From contig NW_026852429.1 in NCBI RefSeq assembly GCF_026571515.1, positions 1 to 64,000 of the forward strand: a stretch of DNA of 64,000 nucleotides, given 5' to 3'. The position numbers and the translations under genes are program-made. The notes under the pieces are model-generated. The model did not search any database. It had not been told where the DNA came from and was given only the letters and a program-made list of their open reading frames with translations. This stretch comes from Ruditapes philippinarum. Its lineage: Eukaryota. This document shows positions 51,001 through 64,000 of the stretch, one piece after another (positions within the stretch are counted from its first letter, which is position 1; every line of letters starts with the position of its first letter).

Positions 51001-51441
51001 GCCAATCAGAATCGAGAGATAGCAACAGCGCGTTTCTGGTCTCGTGCCGGATCTCATCTGATTGGTTAAAACGCGAGATCGACCGATAAGTCGCAATTTC
51101 CGCTGTCAGTCAACGGGTAATGAAAGCGGACTCACGTGCCCATGTTATTGTGCACTGGCCTGCTATCAGTATGGGAAAACCACGCCTCCAATACGTTTTT
51201 GTTGGTCGTGATCTCATTCCGTTCCACTTGGGCTAGTCACTAAATAATCTAACTGATACAACCGTGGTTTAACAAAAGCTCTGATTACCGCCCGTGACTA
51301 GCTTATCGCAAGATGTCTATCGGTATGTGAACACTATTGTATAGCAGCGTGGGAAATTCGTCCAAAACTGTTCAAAATGCCTAAAGTGTCTTCATTTAGC
51401 GGTGAAGAGTCAAACCGATTGTCATCAAATACGGTCACGTG
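51001..51441 (-). promoter_or_regulatory. HES-B upstream promoter: CCAAT boxes, N-box, class-B E-boxes, extra CSL sites
   Basis: CCAAT 51002 (+) and 51061-51065 (-); GGCACGAG 51041-51048 (-); CACGTG 51133 and 51436; TATGGGAA 51170; CGTGGGAA 51348. Confidence 0.6.
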
Positions 51442-54400
51442 AGCTAAGCAACCTGTTGGAATACAAACAGCGCATTGTGGCGTCTAATCCCGGAAACGGT
51501 ATCTTTAGTCGCTGGCTATAGACGGTACGGTTAATTATACCGAGTGGCACTTTATTGATTAGGTTTCTCTAAATATTTGTAAAAATTGTGAAAAATGATT
51601 CTGGTTTATGGGAATCACAACCATTGTTAAAACCATTTAAATGGCTTTAAACCTCCGGGCTTAAAGAGCTCTTTAATACTGCGTAGAATGTTTATAAGGG
51701 TGCATAATGATATGTTCCTAACATAGATAGATAGATATACCTAATCAAGGAGATATATTTTATATCTGTTATATGACCTTATATAATGAATTTCTTGAGC
51801 AGTAGTTCACTTGTGCTCTTCAAGATTTTACACCTTCATAAACTCAGACCTGCAACATCGGTCCACGCTCTTGTGGCAATATTTTCTGCCACTATGCATC
51901 CCTGGCCTTGAGAAATTCAATAGTTTGGCAAAGTATAAGCCGGACCAGAGTTGGTGGCACCATTTCTGTCAATCCGTTCAATCAAAAATATTCAATTAAT
52001 TTACGTTGAAACAATAACAAGTGTAAACTATTAATCAAGCTATCACATGCAATTTTTGTAGACTTTCCCACAGTTGAAACTGGCGCATGCGTCACAAACA
52101 TTTACATATGTTGTCACTATCGAATGTTTAAATCTATGCTGTCTTGCGTAATTGCCTGTCATTGATATAAACATGTCAACGGGCGGCTTTTAATTGATCA
52201 ATGTCTTAGATCAATATTTATTCGGCGCACTTCAAAATCGATTTTTGATATCTTTACCCCAGGAGATTTAACGCTGAAGTAACGGAATATTCTTATCGCG
52301 TAAAATCACGTCTGGGATTGATTATCTCGTGTGTAGGTCACATGATAGTGTCAAAGGCGCGTGCGGGAACGAACGCTCGTTGGCAGTATTCATGTATTTG
52401 TGACAAAACTAATGCTCTGCGAGAGAGATTTTTAGTCATCAATGCTTCGTCAGAAAACTGTAATATGTGTTGTATTGAGGGTAATTTATAATACAGAAAC
52501 TATAAAATAAAATTATTATAAAAGTTCATAAATTTATGAAAATACTAGTATTTACGGTTTTTAAGGTCAAAGATTTGAGTATGTTATTGCATACTAAATG
52601 TCTACCACCCTATGGCATAACTATGCAATGCTTTAGAAATCAGTTCACTTAATTAATCAATATAATTTTCATTAAATTGAAATAAACGCCTGGGTCCGTC
52701 TTGTCGGGGCAGTGTGATATATGAGATTATATTTAAGTAAATTTAACAAGTGTGTCAAAAATGCACATACAAACATCATGCTCTTCAATTCTGGAGGAAA
52801 TAAAAGTATCTATCTACGTGTTTTTTTTTACATACAAAGCTTTTAATGCTATAAACCTGAAAGAAATAAATGGTAAGCACGGAGATTTTGAGCAATGTTT
52901 ATCGTATTGTTATTTAATTATATGTTTGCATGATATACATAGAATATAAACTGGCGCTCTTTGTACCATCATATATTATACCGCTTTAAAGCCTACTGTA
53001 GGATCATAAATGGTAAATTATATTTTATACGTGGTTTATTAGTTTTTCATTTCAACATTATTTGAATAGATAAAATCTGATGAGTTCGTGGATCTATGAA
53101 GCGTGGCCCTGAGAAAATCTACCTCGCCGAAAACTAAACTTCAAACAGGTGCCCCGCGTATCAGACCAAGCGATAAACGATAGGATAAAAAGAAATGAAA
53201 ATATTTTATCATAATATTGTGTAATAAAGTAATAATGATAATTAAAAAATACTTGAATCATGAAAATAGAATTCCCCTTTAAAACTATTATTAATATAGC
53301 AGGAAGAGAAAGTTAATGTTAATAAATGGAAATGTATATTGTATTATTCTGGTATATTGTGACTAATTATTCATTTTTGTATAACTTATAGCTTCTAAGT
53401 TTAGTTTTTCAGAAATATGAAATGCATAATCCGTAAGGTTAATTGACAGATACGTTTGACGGAACTTTATGTTATCACTATTTTAGTAAAGTATTATAAT
53501 TATGCTGATTGAATAAAATATTTCATTTTACCAGGAACATAACATTATTGACTATATCTCCGATTTTTGTTTCTATAGCCTTTAATGGGACAGTACTTTA
53601 CTGTGAAATATGTAAGATTTTATAGGCATTTTATAATTTAACAGACTAAAAAAATGTTTCTTTTTACAGTAAGTTACACCCCGCATATATCTCATCTAAT
53701 TAAACGTATACGTACCCGGTAAATTACAGGGAAAATTAGTGGAGACATGGGTTTAAGACTATTTAAATGAACCAAATAATGTTGCGGTTTTCAAAAAAAA
53801 TCAGTTTAAATCCATACAAACCAATTTTCTCACGTCTCAATCGTTATAAATATTACTGTAACAGGTGATCAATTGAACGGTCCATATTTAGAAAAAGAAA
53901 AGAAAAAAAATGACAGAAAAGAATAATCAGAGGAAAGATTATTTTTTACTGACTTCCGGCATTTATAATGGCACGGCACTGTACGGCTTTTATCATACTC
54001 CACGTGCGTTACGCAAACCAAAGTTCGTATCAAAAGCTCAAGTGCTGTTAACATTCCTTATAGCACGTGCGCATGTAGAACCAAGGTCCGAGAAATACAC
54101 TCAAGTATCATTGAAATACTTTGTAATCATGTCAGATGATAAAGAAGCTGAGAGTTATATCGAATTCGTCACGTCAACAGATTTCTGTATGCTTGTGAAC
54201 TTGCAAAAAGAAAAAAAAACTGGTTTGAAAATGTTCAGATTCTATGGTTATTTAAGATAACATTTAAATGATCGTTTAAATATAAGTTGTGGGAATGTCC
54301 ACAATTTATTTTTGTAACTTTATATGGACAAAATTGGATATACGTACACTGGGGAAAGAGACATTATAAAGTATTAAAATCCATACAATAAAATACATAA

Positions 54401-56576
54401 ATGTTCATTGTTTCTCATATAATAAACGATAACGTTTTCTTTTACTGATACATGTAATTAAAGTACTTAAAAACTTCGGACAGTTCCTTTTACAATGATC
54501 CATGTTAACTTCTAACTTGAGATATAATCATATATGGAGCACATGCAGTCAAGACTTTAGATTAGATTTACGCAAATAACAATTCATTTCGCAATAGCAT
54601 CGCTCAATTCAGAATCAAATTTATTACGAACACGTGCACACGTGCAAATGTTACCACCTCTGCGAAGACACTAATAGCCACTTTCATTTTTTTTCACTCG
54701 GATGCGACTTCCTTGGCAATAATTTTGAAATGCTCCGCTCAGTCGGATTATCCTGGTTGTTCTATTGTTCTTTTATTTAAAGAGGACGTCCCTGTAACAC
54801 TTGGAATTTCCTGAATGGACCTCACATGGCTACGGTAGCGTTAATTATGGCAAACCTCTCGCGAAAATTAATGACCTAACAAGTAAAATGTCAGCTCGAA
54901 CCTTATGGTCAACCGATCGGACAGTATTTGTATTGCAGTAAAAATGCAATTAAACTTCTAATTGTGAGAATAAATTTGCAATGAATTTTGCATTACTGCC
55001 CTTCAATAGAGAATAAAGTACACTGGTATTTCATGAGACAAGAAGTTTAAATGAAACTAGTTTTTATAGCATACAGTATATGTTTGATGTATATCAACAA
55101 TTCTCTTTCCCTTTTAGTAAATATGTGCTTTGCACGTGCGGTATGCCAATAGTTAAATATAATACTATAAAAATGTCTTAGAGTTTGCCACATAACGGGT
55201 AATTATTTGAATTTTCTTCCTAATTCGTTTTTAAAATGATTTCAGCTCTTTCATACACTAAAGCACAGCTATAAAAGAATATATTTATTCGCCTTTGCAA
55301 CATTGGCACTACTTTTACACTTAAATATAAAACCTTGAAGAATATATACATCTCCAATATGGCTTCATGAACCTCGTGCTGAGCAAATAACCAATAATAC
55401 TTACAATACAGTCTGGTCAAGCCGACATTGACCATACTTTATATTACGGCAATAAAAACCGTAGCATGAAAATTACATAAATATAAAACAGTGAAAGACC
55501 ACCAAGCGGGCATGTCTCACAACTAGCCGTTAACGTGATATTTATGTCTTTCAAATGACCACATGTAAAACTTGCCTTATAATCAAAACATGGAATTCTT
55601 CGATGTTAATATTCTCCCTAGCAAATGATGAGTAACTTCGGACTTTGATCCAAAACTTTTATCATCGCGTTTTATTATTTTTATTTCATTTTTATTGGGC
55701 GATCACACTTTCACATCTTCGCTCGTTAACGGTCAGTGATTATCTTTATCTGGACAAAGGCTGGTACTTGGCGTGATAGGTCACCGTAAGACCTTGCCTG
55801 GGAATGTGGTCAAACATTAAAGACTCCGGCGGAATGCGTAGTCCACTAGCTGGAATACTGAACATCTGTAGTGATAAATCTGATATAAATCTGATATAAA
55901 TCTGATATATGTTCCATTAATTCAACATAACAAAATAGATATCCGTCAAAAACTATCAGAGAAAAATAGATAAAAATTTGCTATGCGAAGTCTCTGGTTA
56001 TACCAAATGTACGTTTATCGTAACTTGCTGAAAATGTCTAAATGACAACAAAAACACAAAAGACTTTTAATTTCAAATAATTATATTTTAAATAAATGAG
56101 AGACTCGGCCAATAAGGAAGTTATTGGTTGATGATTGGGACGAAAGGTTCTGATTTTATAAGTCACATTATAAACAAGGATGTCATAGATACTTGATTTC
56201 TCTTCTTTTTTATTTATCACTTTTTGCTTTTCTATACACGACAATGAAACAAGTCATGAGGGAAACAATTATTTGAAAGGGTCGAATGTCATGCAACATG
56301 AAAACAAGCAACATGCCGACAGGAGGGCCCCGGCTGCAACAGGAGGGCCCGGTGCCTATACCGTATACCCATCTCACTCAAAAGGAAAATGTCTTCAGAA
56401 TCATATAAAGGATTATCTCTAGTAGTAAAGCTTGAAAATAGCCAACTTAAATTGTTTGTGATAAAAAATAAATACATTTTTACATATAATAGTTGTAGTT
56501 TGTTACAGTTTAATACATGAATAACGTGAAAGCGAAATTCCAAAAGTTATTACAAAAGCGCAATTGCAAACCTTAA

Positions 56577-56858
56577 AGCGGCATGCCTCCAGACGAGCGA
56601 AATTTTTTCAAGAAAATCAAACTTGAGAAAACTATATTCAGATTTTAAGGAAAGTAAAAAGGTTCAAGATTCACATTATAATTTACATGTTATGTGCGAT
56701 TAATAACTGATTTTGCAGTAATTTTGCACCATATTTCTACTGCGTAGTACTGTTTGCAATGTGTAAATTATTTTCTTTGTTCACATCACAATATTTTACC
56801 TTAAAAAACATTTGTAGAATTTTCATGAAAAATACCATGGCTATGGAGGCATGCTGCT
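56577..56858. mobile_element. Kolobok-like MITE, inverted relative to 24739-24971
   Basis: TTAA on both sides; TIR agc(g/a)gcatgcctcca; internal sequence is the reverse complement of the first copy. Confidence 0.78.
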
Positions 56859-57944
56859 TTAAAACAAAAAGCGGAACTGCAAAATCTTTAACAAACGTTA
56901 CAGAGTTCCTTTCTTTGTTTTGTAAAACCAAGACATGTACATTGCATTGCAAAAATATATCTCTGTAAAAAGGTAACCCATTGGTCGTATCAGTGTAAGG
57001 AATCGAAGAAACAAAACCGTGTGTCATAGTTTGAAGTTAAGTCTAAAACTTAAGGTTTTAAGATCGAAAGATTTGTTAATGCCCCCTAGCATCCGTCCTG
57101 TATTTTAAACATTAACATTACACTATAATATATATATACGATACGATACTTTTTATTACAAAACTATTCGTGACAAGAAAAGATAACATAAATAAAAGTT
57201 TGCGCCACGCGATTACATAGATAACAAATATATTTATTTCAATTTAATTCAAAACTAAGATACTATCAATAAAGGGCATGGGTTATCATTTACTTTGTAT
57301 GTTAATATGATATCATTATATACATAATTAATTTTGTTTATGTTATATAGGTTAAAGCCAGTGTCCGCTGGTGGTCCACACAATACCACAATATGTAATA
57401 TACAGCCTAACATTACCCTTTTCTTGTTACGAGTTTACAAAGTCAACTTCACTAGCAATAAAACCCAGTTGAGCGGACTTCAAAAATATCTTTTATATAC
57501 ATTTTAGTACTAAATTAGTATAAAATGTATCTCAATTTTATTTGATACTGATTTTCAAGTGATATTAAAACGCTATAAATTGTAATTAATTAAAAAACGG
57601 TAGAGATAGTGGCACGAGATTCAGCTGTCCTCGAGAACGTTGATGTCAACATGATGAACAAAATAAAATAAAAATTATAGCTCTACATAGGCTATGATAA
57701 TTTAATGATTTTAGTTTAAAAAAGTAATTATCACCACTGCTTAAGTCTGTCATTTTATTATACAATCATCTCAATATATGAAGGATAACGTTTAATATTG
57801 AAAACTTATATGCACTCATATTTGAATACAGTCATATTTTTTGTTCCTCATATTTTCCATATTACAAACAAAAAGATGTTTAACTGTACCTAATCATTGT
57901 GCATGATTTGAAATGATAAAGTAACATATTTTGATCGGTCTTCT

Positions 57945-58154
57945 TTAACCTGCAGAATTTGTTTAATGTATTTACCCTGCTTTGTATTTGTAACGGTCTA
58001 TTCAAATATTAACTGATTTCGATCTGAAAATACAAAATTGAGCCGTCAACAGTATTAGAGCATGGTCAAACTGCCCGGATGTTAAGGCTGGCTGGAAGGA
58101 TCTATACTGGTAGAGAAGGCTAAACACTTCCGGTTCTAGCTGGTAATGTGTTAA
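57945..58154. mobile_element. TTAA-flanked MITE (piggyBac-like ends)
   Basis: ttaacc...gtgttaa; homologous to 31549-31937. Confidence 0.5.
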
Positions 58155-61100
58155 ACAGATCAAGAGAAAACTAAAACTCTAGGCAAAAAGTAACTGTGTT
58201 CATGCTGTGTTTAGCTAAGATATTGTCTATAAACGCGTTTTGCTATATATATTCTTTTATTTAAATCAATATTGCGTGATCAATACTTTCAAAGACCAAG
58301 CCCAAAGTATATTAGGAATTTAGGAATACAAAAAAGACTAAACATGGGTCCTTAAAACAGATTGTCACCTTCTCCCCTTGCGAAATCTTGTCCAACAAAC
58401 GTTTGTTTATACTCGTTTCATTTCGATATTGAACGTGCACCCTTCCTGTACAATAAATAAAACATTTAGAATAAAGTCGATGATTTGTGATTGCGTCTTG
58501 ACCTTTCCTTCCTAGGAATATTTCACTTTTCGTAAAATACTGCTCCTAGTCTGCCAGCTGCTTGTTTTTCGCCGCCAACGCGTTTGACCTATTTCTAACG
58601 TGAAGAATAACAAATTTCCTTTTGTTCCCGATCTTCTCCATTCACATCCTCATGGTTGAGCAACATTTTTTCAAAATCTGAAATCAGAAGCATGAATGAA
58701 ATAGTTTCGGTTTCATTATCCGAATAAATTGAAATACTTTATAAATTACGCATCCCTTTATGTGATCACTATCAACGTGTCAGCTGCGGGCTGCTTGAAA
58801 AACACACCAAAATACCCAAAAACAATCAACAGGGACCAATCCCAATGACGTTCATACCCTGAAAGATACCATCTAGTTATAGTTAGAAAATATTTTGAAA
58901 TACTTTGTAAACAGGTTAATGAATATGTTGTTTTTTTATTTCATTTTTTTTCGAGTCACTGTGACTTTTAAGTAATAAAAAATATTTTGATATTTTTGTT
59001 CTATTATCGCAATGCGCTCATCTTAGGTTATTTTTGAAGTCTTGTCTATATAAATCCTCTTGTTTTTTGACAACTGTCAAATTTTATTCTCAGAAAATAA
59101 AAATATAAACCCAAAATGCATGACTTAAAAAAAGTGTTTTATTGGAAGTATAACTGTTAAGTGATGATTTGTTACGTTCAAAGAGGGGGGGGGGGGGGGG
59201 GTATTTTAAATAATCACCAGCTCCCATCCACATTTATTCTAAGACAATTGTGTAATGTTTTTTTATATAAAAACAGAACAGTATAAGATAAAAGCTTTAA
59301 AATTTTAAACAAAGTCAATATACATGTATATTATAAACAAATGATTGTGTTCTAACCCTTAGTGATTGAGACAGAAAAACTGTTGTAAAAAGTTTGTATT
59401 TGTTAAAAAAAGCGGCAAAAACCCAAATGAAATAGCAAATAATGTGTTCCTAAAATATTTTTAATAAAGTATTCCTACTTTTTAAATGTACAGTACAGAT
59501 CACTTTTTCAATAAAAGTTCTAGAGTGAAATTAAGTATAAGAAAAGGAAATAGTATGAATGACTGACAAGTGGTGTAGATAGCTTTCGTTTAAAAGAAAG
59601 TCACGTAACTCTTGAAGATCAAATAAAAATTTTAACATTTTAATCAATTCTTTGGGTTTGAAGTAAACGCAATATTGCGCAGGGCAATGTTTCGCAAGGA
59701 TGCCAATAGGGTACTTTTAAAGCGTCCCGTGAATGAATAAATGACGTTCTTCTAATCTTACGTGAAATTGTACAATACACGTTAATGGTGACCAAGTTTT
59801 AATCAAAATCTAAATAATGGGATAAACAGATTTGATGGACATAAAGTTAACGATTATACATCATTATCATCACCTCAAGTGTTGTCCGTGTCGGCTACTA
59901 AAGACGATGCCGCTATCGCCGCTTTGATGTCCATTTGCCCTGAAACAAAACACGACAAACATGTCCATCACGGCGTTAACACGGTGAACGTTATTACGTA
60001 AGACGTCAATTACGATTTTATTCAAATACAGCGTTCTGAAAAGTCGCTTGAATGTAACAAGTATGGTACTGATAGTTTAATTTTGGCGGTAATTTCTCCG
60101 TGAAAATACACTGATTGCTCCAGTTTTCATTTATTTAAAGGGAAGATCACACGAACAATCTGAAATATACATGTAGTTTCATTAAAAAATCTTGAACAAC
60201 AAAATATGTAAATGATTAATCTTGCATGTTTGTAAAACATATTTTGATTGGACAATCGTGATGTTTATGTATTTCATATGTACAAAATTGCAGCAAATTT
60301 TATGACTTTCTTTCATTTTGCTTTTAAAGTAGAGCAATTATGCAGTACTATATATATATATTCGGTTTCAGGTTATATGACAGTATATAAATGTGTTATA
60401 AATGTGTTATATAGGTGACTTCTCGGTCATATAACCTGCAAAAAATATATATAACATATAATGTATCAGTGATTTTGATATACATTAGAATTCAATTGCA
60501 CATTTAATGGTCAACTAAAATACTAAATGAATGACTATATCATGCATGATAAATAAAGTACCTGTATTTAGAAAAAAATTCTTGATATCGAATAAATCGT
60601 AAAAATTGTGAAACGCTTAGCAGTATATTAAACGCGCATTATGCCCCAGAAACAATTTTTCCTCACATAAGTTTTGTATTGTTTAATTTAATACATGGTA
60701 TAAGAACATGTTAGATGTTTATCACCTGAAGAAAGTAGCGTTGAATGTGGAATTATTTGTCAGAAAAGTAGAAAAAAATATATACCAAATGACCATATCT
60801 GTACTTATTGCCATTAAAAAGCAACAGTTGCAAAAGATTGTTCAATAACACATATTGCAATCTTATAATAGTGGTAACTTATTGAACTTGATAAACAGTT
60901 CTATTCTCAGTAAACAACCTATACAAAAACGTGATATTGTCCGGATATCGATTTAAAAAAAATGTTAGTAGAGATCATAACTCAACCCCGTTGTATCTTT
61001 TGGAACCATTCCCAGACAATGTATTTAGTCTCTTCACAGGAGAGTCTTACATTAGAGTTTCCGGATTTGTTTTAGGCTGCAAGACTTTGTTAATAATATT

Positions 61101-64000
61101 GCTTTATAAGTAAAACCTTAGACCTTTAAAAACAGAGTTTTTCGTCTCTTTAAAAAAAAGACTGACAGAGTTTGAAGAGGTCTTTTGATGTTGCTCTTCC
61201 TTAAACGATTTGGAAATAAAAGTATATAATTATTATCAACATATTTTTGTCTTCAGTAAAATGTACCATGATCATGATAAGCTACATGTATATGCTTAAA
61301 ATCGCAAACATATTAACTACAAAATACATGTTTTACTTGTCATGGATAAATGAAAGTTTCAAAGCTATACTCTTGTTGTATTTGCGAGATTAGTTACTCT
61401 AGCAGTGTCAAGATAGGAAGTACCAAGTTAGACCATTAATTTAATAGCTAGTGTATAAACGATTTAGTTTCATTAAAGGTTACCATACAATTCCCACCGA
61501 ACTTCCGTTAATGATATTTTTCACTGTCATCATGGAAAGGAGTGTTCCTGTAAAACATAAAAGGGATCTAAAAATTAGGGAGGGGTCCGGGAGAAGAAGG
61601 CCCTTTCAAATTTTCTACGCGTGGCGCAGGTTTTATTACGGAAAACGATTATCGCGGAATCTTTGATTTCGTTAGAAAATATAGGCGTATCACTTTCACT
61701 GACCACAATAAAATCCTCGTCCGATAATACAAGATTTTAAAGACTTCCATACAAATTCCAAATTGGAAATAAATTTGAGCAGGGGTTTATCGAAAGTGAT
61801 AGAGGGCCAATATTGATACATGGAAGCTTTCAAACAATGATAACAAAAGGAGATAATGGCCGACGATTGAAGGGTGATTAATGACGCGTTTCATCATATT
61901 GGTCACTTCAAAGGGAAGCCGTTGATTAGTTAACAGGTGTTCCGGAAAAGTTTAAGAAAATAGAAATTCTTCCCCGGAAAGGTCATTAACTATTTCGGAC
62001 AGTAGCGGCGACTAAATGTAGCCAATACATTCCGAAGCATTGCACTACCTATGTTAGGTTGTCAATAACTGACAAGGCTACATACTGTACGTTTGTCATT
62101 TGTCAGTTAATTATTTTTGAGCTTATTATCTATACATGTTGAATCATGTGAAAAAATCGAATATTGTTTTTAACTGACACAAAGTTACGTCAATTATAAC
62201 ATTGAAACACGCAATTAACCCGTGCGGCGAATACACACCAAGATCAGCCGACAGGTCCGTGCCCACTGATCATGGTCTGCACTGTTCTGTTCGATTTTCA
62301 GTCAGTACATATTTTAAAAATTCCTCTAAAGACTGAAAGATGTACAAGACCATTTAAGATATTTAGCGTTATTCTTTCACTACTTAAGGGCGGATTTGTT
62401 CAAATGCAATTCACTCATGCAGTTTTCTCCATAATTTCTATGGAAAATATATTAATAAAGAATCTGACCAAATGTTTTGCTTTTTTACAGGGAACTTTTA
62501 TAAAGACTTTACTAAAGCCCTTTCACGGGAAAATGTTTATGTATAAATTTCTATGAGAGGATATTCACAATAATTTTAAAGAAGAAATCAAATAGCCGTT
62601 TTCTCTACAAAATCATTTTTCTACAGAACATTTTCTCAGAGATGCAACGATATATAGGTTATACCCTGAAGGAAATATAACCGAACAATATCATACAAAT
62701 ATCAACAAACCAACTTAATCAATTAAGATAAAAGGCACTTCCTGTCCCCTTAGGTTGGCTCTCGGATGTAATGTACATTCTTTAAAATCATAAGGAATGA
62801 CGTGTTCCAATTCAATTTATTATTTCAACACTGCATGCTAGTACAACACAAAGCGCCTCTGGCAACACAACAAACATAGAAATAAAACAAACACTATGAA
62901 ACAATGTTAAAACAATGTTTAAAAAATACACACGTTTTTGGCTATTCTGTAAGTATTTGTCATAAAATAAGGGTCACGTTGAATCTGTATATATTGCTAT
63001 AGACATATAACGTAATTGTTTGTAAATGTTACTGCGTGCAGGTGATGTTTTATTTATAAACGAGTGGAGGGGATTTGGGGGAAACATAGCAAAGTTCAAC
63101 CAACCAATCGTTCTTGGGCAGACTGTCAAGCAGTTTACCAGTACAGTTGCTTCACTTTCACAGTTGCTTCTTCTCAAATTCCAGAGCGAGTCACGGGGAA
63201 GGCACACGGTCAGGCGTGATCAATTTTGCTTATTATACAGTAGCGTGATGGTTGACCTGTCGTGACTAATCTGGATGGCACAAATCTAGCGTTTTGATAT
63301 TCAACTGTCGATTTAGTCCGATCAGAAACTTAAGAAAAATCACGGATTGGCTACCTACCGAACGAAGAACAGGCTAGAAATCGCATAAAAGACGTCTACT
63401 CTATTTAGCCGTAATCCGGGCACGGCTTCAACACATCCATATGATGTAATTCTTCACGCAGACATGTCCCAAGTATCTACTTTTGTGGGGTTTTTTTATT
63501 AGTCTTTTACTATATTTATATTAAAAAAAGAGAATAATGCTAAAATCCCTTCAATTTTAATTAGACTCTTCGAAATTAAAAGCAGGACAAATCCATTTTG
63601 CACATTTGAGAAGTTAAGGGTTAGAGAATGCCACGTAATGCGTTTGTCTGGTGGGTGGGCAACTGTTATAATAAGAAATGATTAATATTTTGAGAGCCGT
63701 TTCTTGTCTCAGTCAAACTCTATGAAGTCTGGGGCGTTTTTCAGGATTTCCGTGATAGTCCTATAAATGCCATATTCGTGTAACACTTCCTTCACAGTGA
63801 AATTCAAAGATGTTATCTATGTCTCTGGTGAAATTAGTACGCCGTACACACGTGGGCTCAAACACGCACTGACACCTTATAAATCTCTGACAACCACTTA
63901 GTATTTTGCTTTTCGCTGCAAAAGAAAATAATAGACTCTTTATATGAAAGCAAAACATTTTATTTAGATGTTTTCAAATCACGTTCTATACGCAACTGTG

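Noticed and set aside
59874-59950. Possible isolated minus-strand exon (ttttgtttcag acceptor)
   Set aside because: Weak donor, no recognisable peptide and no partner exons

Overview
AT-rich, intron-containing animal genomic DNA. The repeat families look like those of a bivalve mollusc (inference). The window is a Hairy/Enhancer-of-split (HES) locus. (1) 716-3804 (+): the last five small exons of a USP/C19 deubiquitinase, missed by the ORF track. (2) ~5950-15940: about 10 kb of homopolymer-smeared, probably unpolished sequence containing two related satellite arrays. (3) 15752/15915-19313 (-): an unusually long, divergent 3-exon HES paralogue. It has a single-base frameshift, a full D-box/NLS/CDK-site module and a probably corrupted WRPW. 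(4) A ~30 kb gene-poor intergenic region with a tRNA-Phe(GAA), MITEs, SINEs, minisatellites and dense clusters of CSL/Su(H) and HES-type E/N boxes. (5) 49036-50810 (-): an intact canonical 340-aa HES gene (bHLH-Orange-WRPW) with a TATA box and a Su(H)-paired site with a 16-bp spacer. (6) 51-64 kb: non-coding upstream DNA. There are two N gaps. All exon structures were read by hand from splice signals and frame continuity; no searches were run.
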